This document shows, in pieces, positions 26,151-39,237 of a stretch of 64,000 nucleotides of DNA. The stretch comes from Octopus vulgaris. Taxonomy: Eukaryota. The DNA lies in NCBI GenBank assembly GCA_951406725.2, contig OX597815.1, positions 66,712,001 to 66,776,000 on the forward strand, given 5' to 3'. The notes under the pieces were generated by a model that made no database searches, was not told where the DNA came from, and saw only the letters and a list, made by a program, of their open reading frames with translations. The position numbers and the translations under genes were made by a program. Numbering within the stretch: the stretch's first letter is position 1; every line of letters begins with the position of its first letter.

Positions 26151-27115
26151 CTGAACTACAACTGAGTCACACCAGGTGCTACACACCCTCACTGAGTCAG
26201 AAAAGTAGTAGGACGGAGTAAAAGAACAAGTTACCAACTAGGAAATAGGAGCACTTAAAATGTCGGGGTGACATGTGACTATCTCTATTTATATTCAGTT
26301 ATTTGTTGATCGGCAGGTTTGATCGAGATGTCTTTGTTGCTCACAATCGTAGGATATTCAATGCTTTGATATTTTCGGAGACACCTAATCCTGAACGTTA
26401 GAAACTCTCTGACGATATCTATGTCTATTTTCCCATGACTCGGTACCATATTGCAGGACGAATTTGACTATGCTATTCGAAATTCTCAGCTTATAGAACT
26501 TCTCAGCTAGAAACCAAGATCTCTGCACAGAGATCTTGGTTTCAAGATCGGCTTAACATATTTGCGGTTTGACTTGCTCTATATCTCGCTTCCGTTACCT
26601 CCAATTCCTAGATACGTGAAGAATTTCACTTCACTCAGTATGTTTGATCATGACAGAGCCAAAGAACATCGTTTTGAATTTTCATTATCGCGTCTATCTA
26701 ACGTTTTACACTCAGTCGCGCCATTTCATTGATATTTCTCTTAACTTATGGGAATATCATGCAAAAGTATTTGTGTATGTATGTACATGTGTATGAGAAT
26801 GTCTGCGTGAGACACAGAAAGAGAAAGAGGGAAAAAAAGGAAAGAACCAAAAATAAGATGCAAACAAAAAGAAGAAAGGAAGAAGTAAAGAAAGAAAAAG
26901 AAAGAAGACAGGAAAGAAAGATCGTAGTACTCACATAATATGCTTGTATAAGTTGTTATGAATGTACGAAATAGTGTCAAAAGAGTATGTATATGCTAGC
27001 ATTTTAATGTGTATGCGTTCGTGCGTGTGTTTGTGTGTGTATGTGTGCGTGCATGTGTGATTGCAGGCGTGTTTGAATGTGTTAGTACATTGGCGTGTGA
27101 GTACTACAAGCGTAT

Positions 27116-27208
<93 letters not shown>

Positions 27209-27544
27209 ACGAAATGGATATACACTTATATCAATTATCAAATGTGTACGTGTTTGTTTGTGTATGTGTATGTGTGTGTGTTGCGCGCGCGAATTTTCTT
27301 TCTTTTTTTTTTGACTAAGACAAAAAGAACAGTGTCTTTAACCGTTTTAGACTCACGGATACCAGTGTTTCTTACAGAAAGTGGTGGGGAGACGCAGATT
27401 TTTTTTTAAAAAAACGGAATCTTGCCCATGTTTGATAAAAATTTTCGGTGGTTATAAACTTATTCAAACTCACCATGGCGAAGAAAGAAACATAACATTT
27501 CTTTTGAAAGCAAAATCTTTTCTGTCTATTCATTTATATATATA

Positions 27545-28661
27545 TAATATATATATATATATATAACTCAACTTGTGTGTCTGTGTGTGTATCTATGTGT
27601 GTGTCTGTGTGTTTAACTTCCCGGCACATCTCCTCCTAGCCAACAAATCGTAGAACCACCAAAAATGGGTCACTGAAAGTTTAGGCGAATGAAAATTGAA
27701 CTGCACTATTTCTTTTCCGAAATTCATCTCGCAAGTGCAAAGATCGATAATGTGTTTGTTTAGGCCTTATCCCATGCATTGAATAGTGAACTTTACTCAG
27801 TCAGCTGTTTGACGTGAACTGTGTTCACCACGCGTGCAAGCATGCGTAAATTGTATGAGAAATAAAAAATCAAGATATAAAAACAAATCGCTGTAAACAT
27901 TGTAGAAATTCGGCAAAGAAATGAATTTTCGGGATGTCGCCTGGAGGGTTTTTTCGTATTAATCGTTTGGACTTTGTGAACACATACCAATTTTCTGCAT
28001 AACATTTTTAACGCTTTGAATTAAATGTGACCATTTTGCGTTGAGTCTGCAGTTTGAATCACTTTAACCAAATTTTAGCTGGCCGGATTTTTGATCATCA
28101 CGATACATCGCCAGCGACTCCCTGAAATTCTCCCCTGAGATCCCCGTTGAGAAATCTATATATATAAAACTCAACTTGTGTGTCTGTGTGTGTATCTGTG
28201 TGTGTGTCTGTGTGTTTAACTTTTGGATCTACCAAGTTTCATTATTAAAGATGGAAAGTAGTGTGTAGCAAATCTATATATATAAAGCTGAAGTTGTCTG
28301 TGTGTAGCAGGTTTGGTAGCCTTCAACTAACACTATCTCCTTCGAGATCCTGCAGCGCAAGTTGACCAAAATTGAGAGTATGATAGAAGAAGGCTTGCTC
28401 TTCATTCTGTAGAAGATAAAATTCAAATCGGACCATGTTAACACCAAAAATTATTTACATAAAAAAAGTGCTTTTTTTCTATGAAAATCCCTATTTTTTT
28501 ACGATTTTTGACTGCTGTGTCACCATTTTTCGGTGTATTTCAACTGGAAAAATGTTTACTTGAAGAGAATAACAAGTTGCATAATGCAAAATTTTTACTT
28601 TTCAAAAATTCCAATTCTAAAGGATCGAAACAAACCCAAGCAACATTGGGTGATACAGCTA

Positions 28662-28662
<1 letters not shown>
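27545..28662 (+). mobile_element. Tandem Helitron 5' ends followed by one complete Helitron (28273-28662)
   Basis: A-TCTATATATATAAA starts at 28155 and 28273. The ~27555-27620 block is duplicated at ~28160-28222. 3' end gcaacattgggtgatacagCTAG-T. Confidence 0.7.
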
Positions 28663-28727
<65 letters not shown>

Positions 28728-29080
28728 ATAAAACGGTAAGATAACAAAAGAAAGAAAGAGACCTCAATATTATGTAAATAGAGGAAATTTATCTATACAA
28801 TATGTTACATTACTCGGTAGTCAAGATAAAACTCTGAGTTTCAGATGCCGAAGTGGAAATCCACAACACCATCTCTTCGGTTATCTGGCTATTTGAAAAC
28901 GTTATGAAAAAATACCGTTAAAAATGAAGGGAAATTACTCTGTTATAACTCTGCTTTGCCTGCGTACTTATACATCGCTCGCATTTTTCGTCATAAAAAT
29001 TATATAAAAATACATAAAAATATATAAAAATATATAAAAATATATAAAATCTTCTTGGGACATAACACAGAAAGCATGTT

Positions 29081-29699
29081 CTATCCGTTTTCTTTAGGGG
29101 ACCAAAAACGTAACAGAAATTTAGTCACATGTGGGCATGATCCGAAAAGCTCTGTCCTTGTATTTAGACATGTGGTAGGGTCTAAGCTGCTTTTCCAGAT
29201 AAGCCATCTCTCCATGTCGCATAAACCGCACCTTCCGCTGCCGTTAGTGTAGGGCTTACATCTGGCCAAAATCTTCCATTGTATGTTATAATCGACACCT
29301 TTATCTCTTAAAGACCAAATATGATTGGATAATTGTGTCGCTTTTCTTTTGTTCCAGTGCCTAAAGCTCAAAGTGTGGTTATTGAACCTGGCCTTGAAAT
29401 TACCCTCTGTCAGGCCCACGTATTTCTTCGTCGAAACGGTGTCTTTAGTGGTTATAGAGTTTACGGTAGCTTCATATATGATGGTCTTGGACATGCAAGC
29501 TCCATTTAGCGGGCACAATTCTTTATTCCTGCATGAACAGCTGTTTTCTTCTTGTGTTTTTTGTATGTTATGATTGATTATGTTTTTAAAATTGGTAGTT
29601 GAACTAAAACTAATTTTTAAATTGTGTCTATTGAAGAGTTTCCTATAAGCATGGTTAACTGGAAAATGTCTATCTATCAGTGCTAGGAAATATTTACCT
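29081..29699 (-). pseudogene. Mirror copy of the PLE linker + GIY-YIG endonuclease
   Basis: Identical 145-aa ORF at 29081-29518; the frame stays open to the palindrome centre. Confidence 0.85.
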
Positions 29700-29701
29700 T
29701 C

Positions 29702-30325
29702 AATATAGGTAAATATTTCCTAGCACTGATAGATAGACATTTTCCAGTTAACCATGCTTATAGGAAACTCTTCAATAGACACAATTTAAAAATTAGTTTT
29801 AGTTCAACTACCAATTTTAAAAACATAATCAATCATAACATACAAAAAACACAAGAAGAAAACAGCTGTTCATGCAGGAATAAAGAATTGTGCCCGCTAA
29901 ATGGAGCTTGCATGTCCAAGACCATCATATATGAAGCTACCGTAAACTCTATAACCACTAAAGACACCGTTTCGACGAAGAAATACGTGGGCCTGACAGA
30001 GGGTAATTTCAAGGCCAGGTTCAATAACCACACTTTGAGCTTTAGGCACTGGAACAAAAGAAAAGCGACACAATTATCCAATCATATTTGGTCTTTAAGA
30101 GATAAAGGTGTCGATTATAACATACAATGGAAGATTTTGGCCAGATGTAAGCCCTACACTAACGGCAGCGGAAGGTGCGGTTTATGCGACATGGAGAGAT
30201 GGCTTATCTGGAAAAGCAGCTTAGACCCTACCACATGTCTAAATACAAGGACAGAGCTTTTCGGATCATGCCCACATGTGACTAAATTTCTGTTACGTTT
30301 TTGGTCCCCTAAAGAAAACGGATAG
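29702..30325 (+). pseudogene. PLE linker + GIY-YIG endonuclease (Naiad-like), 5'-truncated but uninterrupted
   Basis: Open frame NIGKYFLALIDRHFP...CSCRNKELCPLNGAC..IIYEATV..KYVGLTEGNFKARFNNH..CGLCDME..LNTRTE..CPH. No RT core and no start codon. Confidence 0.85.
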
Positions 30326-30519
30326 AACATGCTTTCTGTGTTATGTCCCAAGAAGATTTTATATATTTTTATATATTTTTATATATTTTTATGTATTTTT
30401 ATATAATTTTTATGACGAAAAATGCGAGCGATGTATAAGTACGCAGGCAAAGCAGAGTTATAACAGAGTAATTTCCCTTCATTTTTAACGGTATTTTTTC
30501 ATAACGTTTTCAAATAGCC

Positions 30520-30582
30520 AGATAACCGAAGAGATGGTGTTGTGGATTTCCACTTCGGCATCTGAAACTCAGAGTTTTATCT
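30520..30582 (+). ncRNA. Minimal type I hammerhead ribozyme variant (mirror copy 28824-28886 on minus)
   Basis: Stem I agataa/ttatct; core CCGAAGA (U4C); stem II gatg..gtgga/tccac..catc plus an extra U; GAAA; palindromic stem III actc-a-gagt; UH = UU. Confidence 0.6.
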
Positions 30583-30611
30583 TGACTACCGAGTAATGTA
30601 ACATATTGTAT

Positions 30612-30657
<46 letters not shown>

Positions 30658-30697
30658 AAAGACAGTACCAATTTCAGCAATAATTATTTAGTGGTAG

Positions 30698-31598
30698 GGA
30701 TCTTTACCTTTTGACCTACAGATTTTAAAAAATAATTTTCTGTAACTAAACACTTTCAAACTTCGTATACTTGTAGAATGTGTCATATAAAAACATCTTT
30801 TACTCTTGCCGTTATTGAGAAAATTCTGCATTTTGGAAGTTATTTATATTTCGTTTGTCACTGTTATTTAGACATCGTTCGTGCGTTTGTAGTGGTCTTA
30901 GCTTTAAGGTTTTAAGGTTATGGTTTTACGGTTTTATGGTTAGGGTTAGGGCTAGGGTTTTAGGGTTAGAGTTACGGTTAGGGTTTTAGAGTTAGAGCTA
31001 GGGTTAAGGTTTTAGGGTTAGGGTTAAGGTTTGGGGGTTATGGTTGGGGTTTTAGGGTTAGAGTCACGGAACAAATGAAAAATGAAGCACGAACGATTAT
31101 GGTGGTGCCATGAAGTAAACATGCTTCAGATACACTCGTTTATTCATACAAACGTAAATGAAATGAAATATGTCATAAATAACAGTGACAAACGAAATAT
31201 ACACCGCCAGAAGTTGTTGACAAACAACAGCAGTAATTTTATTCAGCTAAATACACGTCATTGATTGGTTGAAATTACCGAAATACGGCAACTTTAACAA
31301 AAAATAACTTCCAAAATACAGAATTTTCTCAACATGTTTTATGCGACACATTCTACCAGTATACGAAGTTTGAAAGTGTTTAGTTACAAAAAAATATTTT
31401 TTAAATCTAATTCTTTTACTACCCACAAGGGGCTAAACACAGAGAAGACAAACAAGGACTGACAGACGGATTAAGTCGATTATATCGAACCCAATGCGTA
31501 ACTGGTACTTAATTTATCGACCCCGAAAGGATGATAGACAAAGTCGACCTCGGCGGAATTTGAAGTCAGAAAATCTGTCAATCAGAAGGTAAAGATCC
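30698..31598. mobile_element. GGATC MITE with degenerate TTAGGG array; SINE fragment inserted in right TIR
   Basis: ggatctttacctt ... aaggtaaagatcc. TTAGGG variants at ~30901-31066. The SINE at ~31410-31570 is flanked by an aaatct duplication. Confidence 0.85.
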
Positions 31599-32097
31599 AG
31601 TTAGTATTGGCGAGGCTAGCATTTGTCAGATAACCACTGTCGTATAATAATACTAAAAGAGACCGGCATGTGTAAATGTGTGTACGTGTGTGAATTAGTA
31701 GTAGCATGGCGGTGAAAATGATGACGGATAGCATTGTTGGAACAAAATATATCTATATAAGAAATGAGTGAACAGGTTTAAGGGATAATTAATATATTGG
31801 TCATCCATATTAACATCTATATTGTGTTAGTCAATCCTAATTCAGTTGCGTACGTACGTATATTCGCAGGCGGCTACATCACATGCCAATAAATTTATTA
31901 GCTGGCTGTGTCGTATGTTAGAGGAAATGTCAACGAGTGTCATTGGCTAACTAGGGAGGGGAAGCTTAACTAATTCGTCAAATCATGAAATAAAATCAAG
32001 GTTAAAATATTCGATTCAAGTTTTCTAGTTTTATTTTCCAGTTGTTATTCAGTTTTAATGTTCTCTTTTCCTATTTATTTTAGTTATTTTATTTATA

Positions 32098-32495
32098 GGC
32101 ACAGGCGTGACTGTGTGGTAAAAAGTTTGCTTCCACACTACGTGGTTCCGGGTTCATTCCCACTGCACGGTACCTTGGGCAAGTGTCTTCTACTAAAGCC
32201 TCGGGCCGACCAAAACCTTATGAGTGGATTTGGTAGACGGAAACTGAAAGAAGCCTGTTGTGTATGTATGACGTATGTATATATGTGTGAGAGTGTGTTT
32301 GTGTTTGTCCCTCGCCACTGCTTAACAATCGTAACTTAGTGGTTTACGCCCCCGTAATGTAGCGGTTCGACAAAGAGACCGATAGAATAAGTACCAGGCT
32401 TTAAAAAAATCCTAGGGTCGATTTGTTCGACTAAAAACACTTCAAGGTGGTGCACCAGCATGGCCGCAGTCAAATAACTGAAATAAATAAAGGAT
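32098..32495 (+). mobile_element. SINE family B
   Basis: Full-length match to the other family B copies. Confidence 0.8.
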
Positions 32496-33809
32496 AAAAA
32501 GTAAAAGAAAGTTGTTACAAATTTCTCCTTTGTAAAGAGGGGGAAAATATGGACCAAAATAGAGAAACTTATTTTCATACTATAGTATATAAAATTATAA
32601 ACAATAGATTTTTTAATCGACAATAGAAGGAAATTATTTTAATATGACTCAGAGACTAAATTATTTCCTACCACCACCACTACCATCATCAAAATCACAT
32701 GGATTTTGGGGTTTGATTTTTATGACTGGTTTTCTTAACATTTAAGAGGTATGTTAACGATGTAATATCCTCATCCCACGCCATGATAGACAACTGTCGA
32801 AACACTCGTCATTTCCTTATCGTTTCCTATTTACAACGGTAATATCTACTGAAAAGTGGAGCCTCTAGTAATAACAACCAAATCTCCCTCACATCACACC
32901 TGTCCTTTTTAAATGCAGGATATACTGGGTAATGTACTTCAAGATATACCACTAAAAAGGTGGGATGGTCACAGTTGGAATACCTTTGATCTGTACAATA
33001 AGGGCTGATCTGGGACTAAACCATGCCCGTCACTAAGAGGATACACTGGATGACACTGTTCGTTCGCTATTCAACAGTGCACCATCAGATTACAGTGGTA
33101 CACTTATTTCGAAACTTCGCTTTAGCATTATTATAAATTTGTGCCTACTCAGAGTATTCTGAAGCACCCCAAGGCACTATAGTCTGGTAACAGGCCGGAC
33201 TAAACAACAACTTCGAGCTTAAGAGACTCAATTACATTCCTGCTGTTGTTGCTGTTGTTGGAGCCCTGTTTTTATAGATACGCCTTACCTCCTGGACTAC
33301 ATTATCCAATGTATCTTGTTTTTAAAGAGATCATATGATTTAAAGAGGATTTGGTTGTTATTTCTCGCGAGTCGAACGATCACGCCATGTAGTTATCAGC
33401 TTGGACATCAAGGTTATCAAAGTAGCAAGAGTATAAAAGGTTATTAAGATTAATTAATAAACTGGTTTAATTAATTAATAATCTACACATAATCTTTAGT
33501 TTATTAAACTCCACAAAATCAAATAGTCTTTGTATGACTGAAGGGGCAGCGGAGGGGGAGAGAGAAATTGAAGCAAAGGTCATTATTGTGTTAAATATAT
33601 TCATAAATATAGATTTGTAGAATTACAAAAAGTCCTCAAATATGTAAAGATAACAAGAGAAATAATCAATTGAATAAGTTCAGCATATTATTATTGGTAC
33701 TTTATTTTATTGATTTCACTGGGATAAAAGCAAAGTTGATGCAGCAAAATCGAAACCTAGAATATAAAGGAACGTAATTTAATATAGCAAGGAACTCTCA
33801 CCGTTTCTT

Positions 33810-34730
33810 CATTACTCTACCAATTCTACCACCCACTATTATTCTCCCCACCACTCTACCAATTCTACTACCTACTACCATTCACCTACGATTCAACCAA
33901 TTCTATCAACGACTACCATTTCCCCCTCAGCATTCTACCAATTTTAACATTCACCACCATTCTCCCAACATTCTACTAATACTACTACCCACAACCATTT
34001 CCCCACCACCCAGCCGATTAAACCACCTACTGTCATTTCCCCACTATCACTTCTATCGTTAACAACTATACACCCATCACCACTCTACCAATTCAGTCAT
34101 CCACTACAATTCCCACACCATTCTACCCATTCTACAAATTCTACAGCACACTACCATTCAACAACATTCTATCTCATTCTACCATTCCTTCTCACCACTC
34201 TATCAATTCTACTATCAACTACCATTATTCTCCACCACCACCTTACCAATTCTACCATCAACTACAGTTCTTCCACCATTATACCAATTCCACCATATAC
34301 TACCTTCCTCCACTAGTCTACCAAACCTATCAATTCTACCATCCACTACCTTTTCTCCTTACCATTCTACCAATTTTACCCCAACATCATTTGCCCCAAT
34401 ACCCACATTTCTCCACCACCCTACCGATTCTACCACCTACTACTATTTCTCCAACAATCAATTCTACCATTGACTACAACTTCCCAATCATCATTCTACC
34501 AATTCTACCATCAACTACCGTTCACTCTCCAGTCGACCAATTCTACCATCGACTACCATTCTACCAATTCTACCATTCCTCCACCATGTTACCAATTTTA
34601 CCGCCCACTACCATCTAATATTTCTATCAAATCTACCACCCACTGCCATTCACTCTACATTCTACCAGTTCTACCATCCACTGTCACTCTCTCATGCTAC
34701 CTGTTCCACCTTCCTCAACCATTTTCTACT
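33810..34730. repeat. Degenerate C/A/T-rich minisatellite built on ctaccaattctacca
   Basis: Motif recurs throughout; the plus strand is almost G-free. Confidence 0.85.
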
Positions 34731-34843
34731 TCCATGAGTCGAGCCTTTCCTTATGAATGAAATTTGATGTGGAAGTTCATCGAGTGGATTGTACCAACGC
34801 CACGCTCATTCCGCCTAAGAATTATATTAAGTGTACACATATA

Positions 34844-35220
34844 GGCGTAGGTGTGGCTGTGCGGTAAAAAGCTAGCTTCCCAACTACATGGTCCCGGGTT
34901 CAATCCCACTGCTTGACACCTTGGGCAAAGTCTTCTACTATGGCCTCGGGACGACCAAAGCCTTGTGAGAGGATTAGGTGGACGGAAACTAAAAGAAGCC
35001 CGTCGTGTATGTGTGTGTGCGCGTGTGTATCTATGTGTGTGTGTCTTTGTGTTGTTTCCCCACCACCGCTTAACAACTGGTGTTGGTATGTTTGCGTCCT
35101 CGTAACTTAGCGGTTCAGCAAAAGAAAAACCAGTCCTGAGGATCGATTTCTTCGACTAAAACCCTTTAAGGCGGTGCTCCAGCATGGCTGCAGTCAAATG
35201 ACTGAAACAAGTAAAGGAAT
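34844..35220 (+). mobile_element. SINE family B
   Basis: ggcgtaggtgtggctgtgcggt ... gactgaaacaagtaaa. Confidence 0.85.
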
Positions 35221-35515
35221 AAATTAGTAAAAGACTGTCTGCAGAATACTCGGTCATTTACATTAGAATTCAATGACCCTGGTATTTCAGTTGATCAAAC
35301 AACCGAAAATTCATAATTGGAATTTCTAACCAAAGGGATCCATTTAATCTGCTACACCACCCTCGCCCTATATCCCAAAATGTTTGACCTTATGTTAAAG
35401 TTAGAAATGGTTCTTATTTATATTTAGAGTCCACAGTTTCTTTACTCCAAGACGTGTGTTAGAAATCAGATGTCAAAATAGGGAACTTGTTAAAGAAGCC
35501 TAATTAATGTGTGAA

Positions 35516-35611
<96 letters not shown>

Positions 35612-35708
35612 TGTGTGTAAATGAGTACTATAAAATACGGATTCAGCTATTAGCCATCACGCCACGCGCACACATACACACACTCACATAGATAGATAGA
35701 TAAATAGT

Positions 35709-35806
<98 letters not shown>

Positions 35807-36042
35807 TGTCATATCGTTCTTGAGAGTTTCTGATAACATGTAACTCATTACAAATTGGTGCATGGTCGGACTATCGGTGACTAAATTAGCAACACCACCA
35901 CCAAGCCTGCTTAGTGGGTAGGGTGAGTTCTGGACACCCTCTACAAGAACAAAGAAAAAATAGCCCGACTTATTCAAGTACCAGAAGATAACTTTGTGCT
36001 CCATTACAGGAAAAAATCCTTGCAAATTTACATTTGAATTGA

Positions 36043-36267
36043 GGTGACCGGTAATAAAGACACAGGGAAAAAAGTCACAATTAATTTATGGGATTCGGAC
36101 AAAACTACCCTAGGATAAAGTCCCTTAGGACAACCCTCCCACGACACCCCACTCCCCGGACAAAACCTTTGTGACTTGTTCCTGCGACTTTTTTTCCAGA
36201 GACTTTTTTTCCGTGACTTTTTTCCTGTGGCTTTTTTAGCTGTGACATTTTTTTTTTATCTGGATTC
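36043..36267. mobile_element. MITE-like remnant with subterminal tandem motifs (ggaaaaaagtcaca / tgtgactttttt), Mutator/foldback-like
   Basis: Motif in one orientation on the left and repeated about six times inverted on the right. Confidence 0.4.
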
Positions 36268-36385
36268 GCCTCCTCGTGCCTGCTCTCTTCATGTTCAACA
36301 GCATGCTGCTCGTACGGGCCTCCGGAGACCTTTGAGGGGACTAACGTTCCACACAGACACTCTGTTATATCACATCCGGAGTTAC

Positions 36386-36450
<65 letters not shown>

Positions 36451-36547
36451 CCAGTCAATCTGTCTGTCTGTCTGTCTATCTGTCTGCCGGCATGTCTGTT
36501 TATTTGTCGGCCTGTCAGTCTGTCTGTCTGTCTTTCTCTCTCTCGTT

Positions 36548-36588
<41 letters not shown>

Positions 36589-36878
36589 AATTCTCTACTG
36601 GGAATGACCAAGTTTAAAAATCTGCTGGATCTCACTCATAAGGGAATCTTACATTGCTTATAAACTCTATATTTGGAAGGACTCATTTTAAACTCTGTTG
36701 GACATTTGGACTTTACTCATAGGATATTGGAATATTGCATATATATACCACTATGCCTATAAAATGGATTTACAACTTCAGTGCCCATACATATCTTACA
36801 TCTATTTTCTTTCTTCCACCTCACTCTCTATTTTGTATCACATCTAAACTAACTATGACTTAACTTTCCTCTCACACC

Positions 36879-36930
36879 GTCTCCAATGAAGGGATATTAT
36901 TAACAAATATCCTAGAAACAGCTGTAAGAC
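36879..36930 (+). ncRNA. Decayed minimal hammerhead motif in a PLE-type end
   Basis: gtct-ccaatga-agggatatt..aatatcct-a-GAAA-cagctg-TA-agac; same family as 49597-49645. Confidence 0.5.
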
Positions 36931-37329
36931 CTTCTATCTACAAATGCTCTAATATCTATACAGCCTTGGTTTTTTATCTTATTACGGAAAAAATTCTTAT
37001 ATATATGGGGGTGCTTATATATATGATGCATATATATGTATATATACATACATATATGTACGTACTTACATACATGTATATATTTTTTTACATATATATA
37101 TATATGCATACGCGGATACAGGACGTCACCAACTGTATATACAACCTACAATACGTTAACAACGAGAGAAAAAAATGGAAAACAGGACAAGTAAGCACAG
37201 AGAAACGACCCTTCATCAGTTGTCGGCTGTCTATCTTCACATTTTCAGCAATTTCGAGCATTCTCGAAATTTCAGGCTTCGTGCCTGTAGTGGAAAAATT
37301 ATTATTTTGCTGGATATGATGGAAGGTGT

Positions 37330-37785
37330 CAGCAGACTAAGGTGACACTTGTTTACTGCTCATGCTTCAAGAACTCTGCGAAGAATTCTTCCAGTTCCAA
37401 GCAATGCTGATTTTTGTAGGTGTTTTACCTTCACACTTACACCAATCTTTTTCAGCCATGCTGGTAGTTGAGTGCTGATAGTTCCAAGTGCACCAATTAT
37501 TATTGGTATCACGTCTACTCTATTCATTGACCTCAACGTTCATATTTCCCACTTCAAATCGTCATAGTTGTCTATTTTTTCTTCTTTCACATTGATCCTG
37601 TGGTTACTGGATTATGTCGATTATCACGCATGTTCTTTTTCTTTCTTTCACCACAACAATGTCCACTTTCCGATGTCTGGTCAGGTTTTCGCACTGAATC
37701 ATTGCATCCGACAGGATTTTGCAATTCTCATTCTCGGTGACTCCTTCTGGGGTTTTCTCATACCACTTCTTTGCTCTTTATAGGC
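37330..37785 (-). mobile_element. R4/Dong-type non-LTR retrotransposon 3' fragment (RLE domain)
   Basis: Minus strand encodes PDIG..IVVVKEKRTCVIIDI..KIDNYDDLKWEI..VIPIIIGALGTI; abuts (ATT)n. Confidence 0.75.
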
Positions 37786-38756
37786 TATTATTATTATTTT
37801 ATTAATCCTGCATAGAAAGGTTTTCCGCATGTATATCCACACTGGAAACACTTTGAGGTATAATAAATATGTGTGTAGCCATACAACAGCATAAGAGCTA
37901 CTAAACGCGCGTTACAGGCAGACAGAATGAATGAATGAATGAATTAAATTTACTTTTCAGATCAGCCATGTCTGACGATTGTTTAATCATGCTTTCAGCT
38001 TAGATAAGTGTGATTTCACATGAAACTGCGCTAACTTTCATTGGCCGTATATGGTTCGAAAATATATAATATTGTACTTCAATTATGTGTGCGTGTGTGT
38101 GTATGTATACAGGTACATATGTATCTATGTATGTATAAACATATGTGCGAACGTGCGTCTGTTTATGTGTGCACGTGAACATTGCATTCGCAAACAAATC
38201 TACCCACGTACATACGTATAGCTGACATTAATGTTTCTCTCAGTAGTTCTCTACTACTTAACAATATATTTTTTTACTTATTTATGTTTACGTATTTCTG
38301 TTCCTCTTGCAGTAATTTTGGCATTAAGCCATTCTTTTTGATTGCTGTTGTTGTTTCATATCTATCAAAATATCATATTTGTATACAAAAACTCGTGTAA
38401 TTCGACTTGTGCGGGTGTGCATTTGCTTCTGTCAACAATTGCTCTTGGTTTTACATCTTAATATCAAGGTCACAATGTCGATGTTTGTGTTTAAATCTGT
38501 CGGTATGTTTCCAAGCTATAATATTTTGCATTTGTTTTACTCTTCTATTTAGAATGCGCGTGTGTGAGTGCGCGCGCGTATATACTTTACTTCTTTTAGT
38601 CATTATCTTGCAGCCATTCTGGGGCTTCTTACTATACAGTCCTGCCTGGCATAAATACACATGTAAATATATATATATATATATACAAGCATGGCCACGG
38701 CCTTCGGGCTAAAACATTTTTAAGGATTTATATATATATAAATGAATATATATATA

Positions 38757-39098
38757 GGCGTAGGAGTGGCTGTGTGGTAAGTAGCTTGCTTACCAACCAC
38801 ATGGTTCCGGGTTCAGTCCCACTGCATGACACCTTGGGCAGATGTCTTCTACTATAGCCTCGGGCCGACCAAAGCCTTGTGAAACTGGAAAGAAACCCGT
38901 CATATATATGTATATATATGTATGTGTGTGTGTATATGTTTGTCCCCCCAACATCGCTTGACAACCGAACTTAGCAGTTCAGCAAAATAGACCAATAGAA
39001 TACTAAGCTTACAAAGAATAAGTCCTGGGGTCGATTTGCTCGACTAAAGGCGGTGCTCCAGCATGGTCACAGTCAAATGACTGAAACAAGTAAAAGAG
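38757..39098 (+). mobile_element. SINE family B
   Basis: ggcgtaggagtggctgtgtggtaagtagc ... aagtaaaagag. Another copy at ~39640-40090. Confidence 0.85.
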
Positions 39099-39146
39099 TA
39101 TACATACATACACACACATCGCTTTTAATAAAAGTATTTATATATA

Positions 39147-39237
<91 letters not shown>

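Larger units (their letters stand above)
28726..30616. mobile_element. Penelope-like retroelement: two 5'-truncated copies head-to-head (910-bp palindrome arms) inside (TA)n
   Basis: Arms 28790-29699 and 29707-30616 with a 7-nt spacer. The ORF track shows identical mirrored ORFs (coordinate sums 59406). (TA)n at 28665-28725 and 30612-30653. Confidence 0.92.

Noticed and set aside
29888-30325. Stand-alone host GIY-YIG nuclease or homing endonuclease gene
   Set aside because: The frame is open upstream to the palindrome centre with no ATG start, and it has a PLE linker and a hammerhead-bearing 3' end. It is a truncated retroelement.
29702-30325. Selenocysteine (in-frame TGA) recoding, reported for some Naiad elements
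   Set aside because: There is no in-frame TGA in the preserved portion, so there is no evidence here.
38757-38830. tRNA genes
   Set aside because: The A/B-box-like heads run directly into SINE bodies; no complete cloverleaf is seen.
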